A DNA stretch of 64,000 nucleotides, from the NCBI RefSeq assembly GCF_018977255.1, contig NW_024704743.1, positions 74,526,001-74,590,000 on the forward strand. The letters are read 5' to 3'. This document shows, piece by piece, positions 1 through 10,901 of this stretch. The DNA is from Callorhinchus milii (lineage: Eukaryota). Within the stretch, counting starts at the first letter, position 1. Each line of letters opens with the position of its first letter. Under the pieces are notes generated by a model that saw only the letters and a program-made list of their open reading frames with translations, did not search any database and was not told the DNA's origin. A program made the translations under genes and the position numbers.

Positions 1-520
1 AGTGCAATGTCTTCCCAGTGTTGCACTGGACTGTCAGCCTAAACTCTGTGTTCAAAATCCTGATAAGTACTCTTAGTAATGCAGTGCCATGTTAACGCTT
101 TCCAGAATAAATCCTAGAACAAAACTTCACTCAGACTTGTATCTCCCAAAGTAATCGAGAGCTTTTGATAGAGAATAGTCATTTTCATTGGTCAGTCGTT
201 CAGTAGCTGGGTGTTTTTATAAAAAAAAGTTCAGTTTTTTTTACTTTGATGTAACAGTACAATCTAATCAGCTCAGCTTCTACACCACATTATCGTTCAG
301 TGGGTGGACATTCAGCCACCTGCTGTCAGTATATCGATCTGAATTAATCTGCATTCCCTTTCACCAAATGTACATATTTTTGACCAGGTTAGTTTTTTTT
401 AAATAATTGCTGTATTTTTTTGGAGTATCCTGGAGTAAGGAACACACTTTACCCTCAAAATAAATCTTCCCTTTTGCTTCTCTATCCTTGTTACCAGTTT
501 TGAATAAGCACATGGTTTGA

Positions 521-1046
<526 letters not shown>

Positions 1047-1285
1047 ATGCAGCAGGAGGATCTTTTTTGGAATGAATAAAAAAAAACTCTGAAATGTTGA
1101 CTGTGTGCAATATAGGCAGTCACTGTAATAAAACCCTTTTGTGTCTGAAAAAGTGTGCAGCAAATTTTAGTAAATTAGACATTTAGGGAAGCATGTAGCT
1201 AGGAAAGGAAAGATAATAGTTAGAAAAGGCATTTTCTAAAAGGAACAAAGGGTTTACCCACAAAATACACAGTATTTACAATCTT

Positions 1286-1610
1286 GGAGTCGTGTAGCTC
1301 AGTGGTTAGAGCACTTGCCTCACAAGCGAGAGACCTGGATTCAATTCCCAGCAGGGCGAAACCTTGGGCAAGTTTCCTTACTTCCTTACTTCCTTACTTT
1401 CTTTCCCTCCCTCCACACGCCTGATGATAATCCCTCAAGAAAAAAAAATAAAATGGGTCACTTCAATCCACGACTGTTTGTGGGACACTGCTGTGGGCTG
1501 CTGTGTTTCACCCGAAAATATACAGTCAATTCACTTTACAGTATATTCTGTGAAGCGCTTTGAGATGTCGAGAAGAACTATATCAAATGCAAGGATCATT
1601 ATTACAGTAT
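1286..1610 (+). mobile_element. tRNA-derived SINE (older copy)
   Basis: GGAGTCGTGTAGCTCAGTGGTTAGAGCAC head with A/B boxes; shared body and tail ...CTATATCAAATGCAAGGAT. Confidence 0.85.
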
Positions 1611-1630
1611 ATTCTGTGAAGCGCTTTGAG

Positions 1631-2175
1631 ACAACAACAATAACTTGAACTTATATAGTGCCCTCCACTCAGGGCAGCGTCTCGGAACACTTAACGGTGG
1701 TGGAGGCTGACTCCGAGCCAGGGGGAGGTGGCCATAAACACAGCCAAAGAGGAAAGTTTTCAGGTGGGACTTGAAAGGGGAGAGAGGGCGCGAGGCAGAG
1801 GGATTGAGGGAGAGTGTTCCAGAGTTTGGGGGTGTAGTGGCTGAAAGCATGACCTCTGATGGTGAGTCGGAGGGTGCGAGGGATGAGCAGGAGGCCGGTG
1901 CCAGTCGAGCTGGGTGGTGGATTGGGGAGTGAGGAGGTCAGAGAGGTAGGGAGATGCCAGCGAGTGAATGGATTTGAACACGAGTGTGAGTCAATCTGTT
2001 CAGTGATGGAGAGCCAGTGGAGACTGGCCAGAACCGGTGAGATGTGATCACGGAGTTTGTTCCAGGTCAGTATGTGGACAGCAGAGTTTTGGATGAGCTG
2101 CATCTTGTGAATAGTAGAGCTGGGGAGACCGGTGAGGAGCACATTGGAGTAATCGAAGCGGGAGGTGACAAACAC
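1631..2175 (-). mobile_element. L2-clade LINE 3' fragment
   Basis: FVTSRFDYSN..LIQNSA..HISPVLASLHWL RT C-terminus and a (TTG)n tail. Confidence 0.85.
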
Positions 2176-2684
2176 ATACACGAGGGATTCGGCTGAGACT
2201 TCTCAACAACATGATGAAGTGCTGTGTCAAATGAAAGGATTATTATTATTTGCTGAATGCAAATGTTTTCTAAAACAGCATAAGATTGTTACCATAAGAT
2301 TGGTTTGGAGGAAGAAGCCCTTCAGCCTATTTGATTACCTGCCATAATAACCGCCCTACCATCTTCCTATCACAGCATCAAGCTATTTTCTAAATGAAGC
2401 CAATGTTCTGGATATATCGCAATATAACAGCAGATAAATGCTAATTACCCAATAAGGAGTATTGTACAGGTTAGAAGGACTAGTTTGGTGAAATGAGATC
2501 TGGGATCTGGATGTACCAGCTCTTGAATCCACCTCCAGCAGAGTTGAATTCACCGATAGTTGGGTTTTCCCTTCAACCCCACTCATTTTCCAGTCAAGCT
2601 CATCATTCAAATGATCTGCAGGAGAAATAACTCTGAACAATAATCACAGTCCTCAAAGTTTCCTTAGGAATTCCAATACTGTTA

Positions 2685-2895
2685 TAATAATAATAATCCT
2701 TGCATTTGATATAGCGCTTTTCACATATTCTAGACGTCCCAAAGCGCTTCACAGAATACACTGTAAAGTGAATTTGACTGTATATTTGTGGGCAAACGTG
2801 ACAGTCAATTGCGCACAGCAATGTCCCACAAACAGTCGTAGATTGAAAATGACCAATTTATTATTGTTTTGTTTTTGGAGGGATTATTATTATTA
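2685..2895 (-). mobile_element. tRNA-derived SINE, 5'-truncated
   Basis: Reverse complement of the body and (TTA)n tail of the SINE at 7409-7732. Confidence 0.85.
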
Positions 2896-3457
2896 GACCA
2901 GATGAGAGAATCAAAAAAGGGGCATTTCGAAAAACTCTTGGATTGTAAAATCTTATTAAAGGAAACCTTCAAAATGATAGTGCCAACCTGTCACCTAATC
3001 AATATTGCAGATTTAGGATTTACATCCTCTACAACCTGTTCAGAGAAGCCCAGAAAGCCTGGCTTATACTTGGCTCTCCTCACACCTCTGAAGCATTATC
3101 CTAAAACATGTCCCCTTTAACTTTTGTTGCTGTGTCTAAAAAATGTAACCTACAGAATTAAGATTAAAAAGATTAAAAGTCGCTACACAAGAGTTCTGGG
3201 AAACAGTGGCAATAAAGTGCTGTTTCACTGGTCAGACTTCATTTGGAACATTGGTTGCAGCAGCACCTAACCTCAGGAAAGATTTACTGGTTCTAATCCT
3301 TGCATTTGATAACTGCCCTGAATTTTGTTTTTTATTACTGAGCTTTAACCGAGATGAGTTTTGTTGACTTTTACTAGTTTTATTATTGAAATCTGGTTAG
3401 CATCGTATCCAGGTGAAAACATTCCGCATACCAGCTCACTGGAGGCCATCGTTTACG

Positions 3458-4356
3458 CAGAGTGGTCCAACAGGCGGCCCTCTGGCCAAATCCTGCCCGA
3501 CGGGTGATCTTATCCGTCCCGAGACCATTTCCAATATTCCAACTTCCGCTCCCTCCCTCCCTCCCTGGTGAACGGCTTCCGAGGGCAGCGGCAGGAGACG
3601 GTGGTTGGGAGATTCGAAATAATACTGGCCGTTACTGCAGTCTGTCAGGAAGGCGAGCTCGTTTCTTACTAACCACATCCTTAGTAACTGCCAACTCCTG
3701 TCACTACAACTAGTGCCCTGTGCGGTTGCTTGGGAGAGAGAGGGTTTGAGAGGGGGAGAAGGAGGGTTAGGGTGGAGAGCGGTGCGGAGGGGGTGGAGGT
3801 GGGTGGGTAGAGGGGAGTTAGATGGGGAGAAAGAGTAAGAAAGGGGGAGAGAGAGAGAGACAGATTGTTTGAGGGAGTCTAAGATCAGAGAAGGGAAGAG
3901 AGTGAAAAAGAAAGTGTGTAAGGAGGAGGGAGTGAATGTGAGGGAGAGAGGGAGAAAGAAACTAGAGAGGGAGATTGAGAGTTTGAGAGGGGTTAGACTG
4001 TATGGGGGAGAGAGAGTAATTGAGAGGGAGAGAGAGGAGGAGAGGGGGAGGTGGAGTGTGAGGGGGAGAGAGAAGAACGGGGAGAAGAAGAGGCCAAGAG
4101 GAGAGGGGGTTGAAGGGGAGAGGGGGGAGGTGGAGTGGGAGAGGGTATGAGAAGTGGAGTGGGAGAGTAATTGAGAGAGATTGTGCGTGAGAGAAGGAGA
4201 GAGTGAGGGGGAGAGAAGGAAAGAGTGTGTGTGAGAGGGGATAGAAAGGGGGCGGGGGGGGGGAATGTGGATGTGAGAGAAGGGGTAAAGAGAGAGAGGG
4301 GGTGAGAAGGAGAGAGTCCCCACTCCTTGTGGCAGCCAAAAGGTTGGACCACTCTG
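3458..4356. mobile_element. Non-autonomous hAT-like DNA transposon with purine-rich interior
   Basis: Perfect 14-bp TIRs CAGAGTGGTCCAAC (3458-3471) and GTTGGACCACTCTG (4343-4356). Degenerate TSD GTTTACG/CTTTACAT. GA-rich low-complexity sequence at 3735-4320. Confidence 0.8.
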
Positions 4357-5027
4357 CTTTACATTGATGCAAGTTGAAAAAAAACATAAAACTCATCAAA
4401 ACAAGTGTCAGCAGCTCCTTAATCCATGGGGGACGGAGAAAGAGAGATTCTACCGAGGCCCAGACTTACATTATTTTCTTAGCATTTCAGAGGATGTCGA
4501 ATTTGGCAGATTTTTAAATGTAGTTAAGAATCCAGTGAGCGGGTAATTGGGATGGATGTTCTCGCCTGGACACCATCAACACTTCCTCAGTTTGGTCTGG
4601 GTTATCTCAGTGAGAGAGCAACTCCAGGTGGAAGAGAAGGACCTTCCAGACATTATTGAGCTTGCATTAGAAAATCACAGAAAATTACAGAAAATCATCG
4701 ACTTGGTATGAGACTGTTCAACTTCAAGCACAATATTAGCTCAAGTGAGTTTTTTGTTTTACACAGAGTGCACTATATAAGCTTATCCAATGCAAAGGTT
4801 ATTTATTATTATTTATTATTTATTGTCAACACTGACAAATCAGACAACAGCAGTGTTGACAGAGAAGGGAGTGGTACATTAACAAAACCAGTTAAAAAAA
4901 CACACACACACAATCCCAAAAGAGGGCAAAGGCCATTTTGCAGCCATCATTTTTTGCTTTCCATCTTTTCTCAAGAAACCTCCTGAAATAAATAATCATT
5001 TGTTTGATAATAGCGTCAGGAGCCAGT

Positions 5028-5710
5028 CATAAGATTCAAGTTCCTCACGATATAATACAAAGAGACTGACGAGCAGGATCTTCAAATTGATGTTGCTACT
5101 TTATTCAATCAAAGCGACAGCGTTAAGCAGTTATACTATACATACAACCAAGACACATAGTTCGTATTCGAGGGTGATCAAGTTCTTCCTCTGGGAGAGA
5201 TGGTGACCGCTTAGTGGGCATCGATTACTTGTTGACGGATGATCTTTCTTCTACAGTGGCCGTGTCTTGCTCTCCTTCTGATGTATCGGGTTCACTTCTT
5301 TTACACCACATTCACATCCCAGCCCCTAACCAGCTTTTCCACACAGACTGCTTGTGGCCATTTCATGCTGGTTTCTTATCTTTATTTTTAACCAATTTAT
5401 GTTCTTTCAGACCTCATCGTTCAATGTTTTACTTCCCCTTATCAAAGCTCCTTGCTCATCCGGGCACCAGGAGCCAGCTGTGTCTGGCACAATAACAAGA
5501 AGGATTTCTTCTTTTGCAAGGATGAATAAGCACAGAGACTGCAGAACAACATCTTCCAGGTCTCTCTCTCTCTCTTTTCTTTCTCACAGATAGCGTCTGC
5601 TCAAGATTACCGGTTGCTCGAGATGAACAGGGAGGTGGCTGCAGCTGTAGCTTTTGTCAGGATACACTATGTGTGAGCACACAGCGGTCCTAACTAGACA
5701 CCAGCTTACA
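5028..5710 (-). repeat. 3' LTR of the ERV
   Basis: Direct repeat of 11897-12562, starting TGTAAG at 5710 just after the polypurine tract AAGGGGGGAC (5711-5720). The distal end is degraded. Confidence 0.88.
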
Positions 5711-6233
5711 GTCCCCCCTTAGCAGCTATTAGGCTGATGTATCATTGCCTACAGAAGCTATAAAATGACAGTTCTCAGAACCAGAACATGGATGAATATT
5801 AAAGCACCAACTCAAAGCCATTTGCTACAAGGGAATTGTGCTTTCACGTAAATGTTAGGATGTTTTACTTGTGTATCAGGAATACAGATTTGTAAATGTG
5901 CCACCCGCCTATCAACATGTACTGTGAAACATGTTGGCAAAATTTAACTCTGATTTTTTCACTGTTATTCTAATCCGAGTGACAAGCCGCCACATTAGTA
6001 AAATGAGTCAAATTCACACGTCCATTAGACCAAAGTTTACCGCCGGAGTCTTCTTTATCAGAATGTCTTCTTTCCAAAAATCTTCGAACAGATTTCCTTG
6101 GTCCTGTCACCACTCTCAAATCCAGAGGATGCTCTTCCACACCACTTTGAGTCCTGCAAAAATTACAAAAATCTTCTAAATCTAAATAATTGTTTCAACT
6201 GGATCTTTTCCATTATTGATGTCCCTTTCTTTT

Positions 6234-7105
6234 CTAACCTCTGAACGTTCTTGTTGTTTTCAACATGTGACACCAGTAACACACCATTATGCACAACATT
6301 AAGATTATGAAAAATTGTATTTCAACAAATATCTTAAAATTGAATTCCGTAGGAGTGCCTTCAATCAACAGTTGGCAATCTCTGTCAGTTAATAACTGTT
6401 GTAATTTTTCCACCTCACTGGAGATACTCACTGAGTGAATATCTTTCCGATTCATCAATTTAGTTAAAGTCAAGGTCAGCAGTGCAATTGGAATTGTGAG
6501 ATTTGGTATAATACCTTTTATGTCAATTGGTTCTTCAGATTGTATATTTTGCATTTGATTGCAAGTAGGAAGAACCGGTATAATTGTATGTAACATTATC
6601 TGTGTCAAATGTAAAGCAAAAGTTTGGTTCAACTGGACAAGTTAAATTTCCATCATAGATGTAATTAGTTTCTCGGATGCACACACAATACTGCCCTTGC
6701 ATATTGTATGTGACTTCAGTCCGATTGCCCTTCCACTTCGATAATTTTACCAGACATTGTTCCAAAGTATCCAGTATATTCTTTGAGGGACTTTCAGGTA
6801 TTCCACATATGCCCTCATTCCCTGCAAACACATCACATTGGCACAGATATTGATCTCCAGTTTGAACACAAAAATCCAAATTCAGAGCACACCAAGCTCC
6901 AATTTTTTTGAACAATTAATTTAAGTAGTTAACCCTTTGCTTATAAATGTCTCCTTCCAGAACGCCTATGGAATGTAATTTAGCCAAGTCTACATACACT
7001 TCACTTTCATCAATTACTGGTAATGACATTGTAAATGGGTAGTAGTTGATCTCAAGACTAACTGCATCTCCCAACCAACTTTGTAAGAATTGTTTTAAAG
7101 GAACG
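6234..7105 (-). pseudogene. env: ERV env remnant (C-terminal cysteine-rich ectodomain plus transmembrane helix)
   Basis: Lies between integrase and the 3' LTR. Reads LPVIDESEVY..SIGVLEGDIY, LNLDFC..YLC..GICG..C..GQYCV, has several N-X-S/T sequons, and ends in hydrophobic IFVEIQFFIILMLCIMVCYW. Confidence 0.75.
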
Positions 7106-7107
7106 GA

Positions 7108-10100
7108 TCATAGGTCTACAATGCCCAAAGACTGTTGATGATATTGGATGTGAAATCGTTGTTGAATTCCCAGTAGTTGCAGAGCATGTCGTATGACTTT
7201 GCCAGTGAAGTGAGAATCCTGGTCTGAGTCAATAGATTGAGGGAAGCCCCAGCGAGTAAAAATGTGTTCAATTAATATTTTAGCAGTGCTCAGGGTAGTA
7301 GCACGGTGTACTGGAAAAGCTTCAATCCATCTAGAGAACATATCAAAAACTACCAAAATATATTTTCCCCGCATTGTGGAGGGGAAGGGGCCAAGGTAAT
7401 GGTAATGTGGAGTCCTGTAGCTCAGTGGTTAGAGCACTCGCTTTGCAAGCGAGAGACCTGAGTTCAATTCCAGGCAGGGCGAAACCTTGGGCAAGTTTCC
7501 TTACTCCACACGCCTAATAATAATCCCTCCAAAAACCAAAAACAATAATAAATTGGTCATTTTCAATCTACGACTGTTTGTGGGACATTGCTGTGCGCAA
7601 ATGGCTGCTGCGTTCGCCCACAAATATACAGTCAATTCACTTTACAGTGTTCTGTGAAGCGCTTTGGGACGTCCTCCCGACGTGAAAAGCGCTATATCAA
7701 ATGCAAGGATTATTATTATTATTATTATTAATTAATGTGGAGATTCACCCAACAACCCTTGACTGGTCTGGTGTGCTGCAAAAGAGCTTTTCGGCTTTTT
7801 GGATCTGGATTGTGCTGAGCAAAATGAAACAATTATCGCAATAGATTTGAATGTCTTGTGCCATTTTCGTCCACCAACCCACATTTTGAACACGTTTCAA
7901 GGTGTTGTCGTATGTTAGGTGTCCTCCAGTAGATAAATCATGCACATTTAAATAATATCATTGCAAACCTGTTGGGGAATAGCCCACAACAGATCGCCAT
8001 GGGAATCAGTGTAAAAGAGAATTCTCTCTTTAATTCTAAGGTTAGTGCGATACTTTGGGAATCGATTAGGAAGAGGTGAATTAGAATTAATAGCTTTAAT
8101 GCAAGATAAAATTGCTGAATCTCTCTGCTGAAAAGGACCAGCTACCTCTAATAGATGCTTTAATAATGGAGCAGATGCCAATGCGCGAGCTTGTCAAGTG
8201 GGTAAATATTCTGTTAGTAAATTGCAGATATACAATGACTCAGAGTAAGTGGTTAATGGTAATACAAACTCTGCAGCTAGATCCGCTACATGTTTCACAG
8301 CAGCCAGTTCTGCAGCTTATGCAGAGACAGAGGACATTTTAAATCCCAACTCCACTTGCCTTTGTGGGCAGAAGATACCAAAACGTGTAACATTTTCCTT
8401 CTTGGGCATAACTAGATCCAACTGAAGCTGAATTTTCTATTTCCTCAGTAATGAAGGGACCTAAATCATGCGACACATAATTAACCTGACGTGTGTGCGT
8501 CACCTTCATACAACAAACTAGCTGCTAACATAACGGGTTTCAGAGGGTGTTGCACAGTAATATCTCTTCCCTGTAACAAGAGCGACCATCTAGCTAACCT
8601 GACACTTGAGACTGATCCGTCCTTCATGCCTCCATCTAGCAGTAATTCAGTAGGAGAATAGCATGTAAACAGGACAATCTTAGCCAATCTCGTATTGTAA
8701 GTAAAATGTTGAACAGCCCAAAAGATTTCTAAAAGATGGTGATCCCATGCTGAATATTGTTGTTCAACCGGTGGTAGATTGCGGGATGCGCGTGCAACCG
8801 TACACAATTTGCCGTGTTTGTGCTGCATCAACACTGCAGACAATCCTGTTTCTGTGGGAGCCGTTTGCAAAAAGATTGGCCTATTAGCTTGTGGGGCCAA
8901 AAGAGGAGGTGGGTGCAGTAACAAGGCTTCTAATGTCTCAAATGCTGTAGTATGTACATGGATCCATTCCCATTCTACCCCCTTCTTCAATAAGGTGAAC
9001 TACTAATAGTAGAGAAATTTTCAATAAAATCTTTACAATAACCCACTAGACCTAAATATGATCTTAGCGCAGATACAAAAGTAGGCATGGGTAAGCATTG
9101 GATTATATTTACTTTATGTTGGTCAGGAGTTTTTCCTTCACTGCCAATCTGGATTCCTAAAAAGTTCACAGGAATTGTACTAATTGTGCCTTCTTGGGGT
9201 TAACTTTCAATCCTGCCTCCTGCAGTAATTGCAACAACTCTGGTAATAGCCTAACATGTGTTTCCATATTCGGGATGTGTAGCAATAGGCCATCCACATA
9301 CTGGATGATCATTCCCGGTTCTGAAAAGCACGCCATGATTTTAGCCATTCTTTGGTGAAAAACAGAAGGCGAATTGTGGAACCCTTGTGGGAGACATGTT
9401 GCTATTGCTATATTGCTATTCTTTAAAATTAAATGCAAACTTATACTGACAGTCAAGGTGCAACAGTACGGACCAAAAGCCATTAGAAATGTCTAACACT
9501 GAGAAAACTGTGGGTTCTGCCGATAACTGGGTCAATACATCTGGTGCAGAGATTCCTGTGGGAGCGCAGGCAGGAGTAGAGGCATTTAGTTTGTGGTAGT
9601 CAATTGCGAGGTGCCAGGAGCCATCGGGTTTATGTACTGGCCATACAAGTGAATTACAGGAGGATGCCACAGGTAGTAGAACTCCTGGTTCCACCAGTGA
9701 CTGAATCATTGTTTCCATATGTGAATCTGCTTCTTGTGGAAAACAATATTATTTTTGAGGTTTTGGGTCATCTTCCGTGATCTGAACTAATCCCTGGTCT
9801 GCCCGCAATTGTGCTTATGCTTCGCAAATGCTGCCTCATGTTATTGTAAAATCCCTCTTAAGGGTTTGGCTTTCTTTGCCACCAACGCATTAAAATCATA
9901 CCATTCTGGCTTCTCAATAGCATTGTTAACCGATCCCTTCTAATCAATCAACGTACTAATAGTCTCTTTAAGAATATTTATTTAAATCACTATCACCTTG
10001 CCTTTGGTCACCTGGTAACCTTTACAAATAAAGCAAGCAATATTATCCAAGATTGGGAGCTGGCCAAGCTTCCTCAAATCTGGATGTCTCTCTCTTTCCT

Positions 10101-10901
10101 TGTCCCAGACGCAGGAGTTTTCCGATAGTTTTCCTCGTCCCAGACGTAGGAGTTTCTGATGTTCCTTCTTCTTTGATCTGGATATCTCCTCCTCATCCCA
10201 CACGCAGGAGTTATCCAATAGTTCTTTAAGTCTGCAAGTCTGCTGATCAGTTAGTCTCCAGAGTTGATCTCCCGAACAAAGAAGTTACAAAAGTTTTATA
10301 GTCCCCTGCGAACTTTGATCACGCGACTCATTCGCTGGATCCCCTCAATTCCATGTTTGGAATTGTTTTGTTCCTTTGCCCAAAACCCCTCGTTGTCAGT
10401 TTTGTCTGGTTTCTTCTGGCTGTTTGCCATACACATTGTCCGATAGTAACCTTTTCTCGATTCTGCAACAACATACACTGAATGTGTATCAGAGAAAACA
10501 CAGATATTCCCTGGGCATTCTCCTTTAACTCTCCATAACAACAAATTTGCCAAATCAATTATTGTACCTGATTCAATCATCAGATCCGATCCCAGGATGC
10601 CCTAGCCATCCAAGGTTTTTAACAGTACACATTGTCAATTTAACTTACAGTCCCCGAGACATACAGGGATAAGGAGAGATTCCACCCCACAAACAGTGGC
10701 ACCTGCAGAACAATCTAAAGTTACTTGGATAGGGGAAGTGAAAGGAGATGTACTGGTGTGATCTTCTGCAATGACCGTTCGTGAGGTTCCTGTGTCCACT
10801 AAAAATCTGCTGCGGTGGCCGCTAACCGTAGCTTGAACTACAGGACATGCATGTTGATCAATGGTCAAGTTGCATAAGATCTCAGCTGAGGCCGGAGATC
10901 G
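7108..10901 (-). pseudogene. pol: ERV pro-pol remnant: protease (~10530-10870), RT (~8990-9850), degenerate RNase H/tether (~8480-8900), second RNase H (~8130-8430), integrase (~7110-7950, SINE-interrupted, C-terminally deleted)
   Basis: Motifs FLVDTGTS/ILGSDL; WPVHKPDGSW, LDISNGFW, PQGFHNSP, YVDG, NFLG; LSAVLMQ..ARASRNL; SA*AAELAAV..TYSES; H-GH/CDNC; FDMFSRWIEAFP, SDQDSHF. Confidence 0.9.
7409..7732 (+). mobile_element. Full-length young tRNA(Ala-like)-derived SINE inserted in ERV integrase
   Basis: tRNA head with TTTGCAA loop, stem-loop tail and (TTA)n. TAATGTGGAG is duplicated at 7403-7412 and 7733-7742. Confidence 0.92.

Noticed and set aside
3436..4399. 295-aa and overlapping Ser/Leu/Pro-rich ORFs
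   Set aside because: Translation of the GA-rich low-complexity interior of a non-autonomous DNA transposon.
7409..7480. tRNA-Ala-like gene (also at 1286, 51160, 55703, 58472)
   Set aside because: These are SINE heads joined to a common body and tail, without a proper acceptor stem or Pol III terminator.
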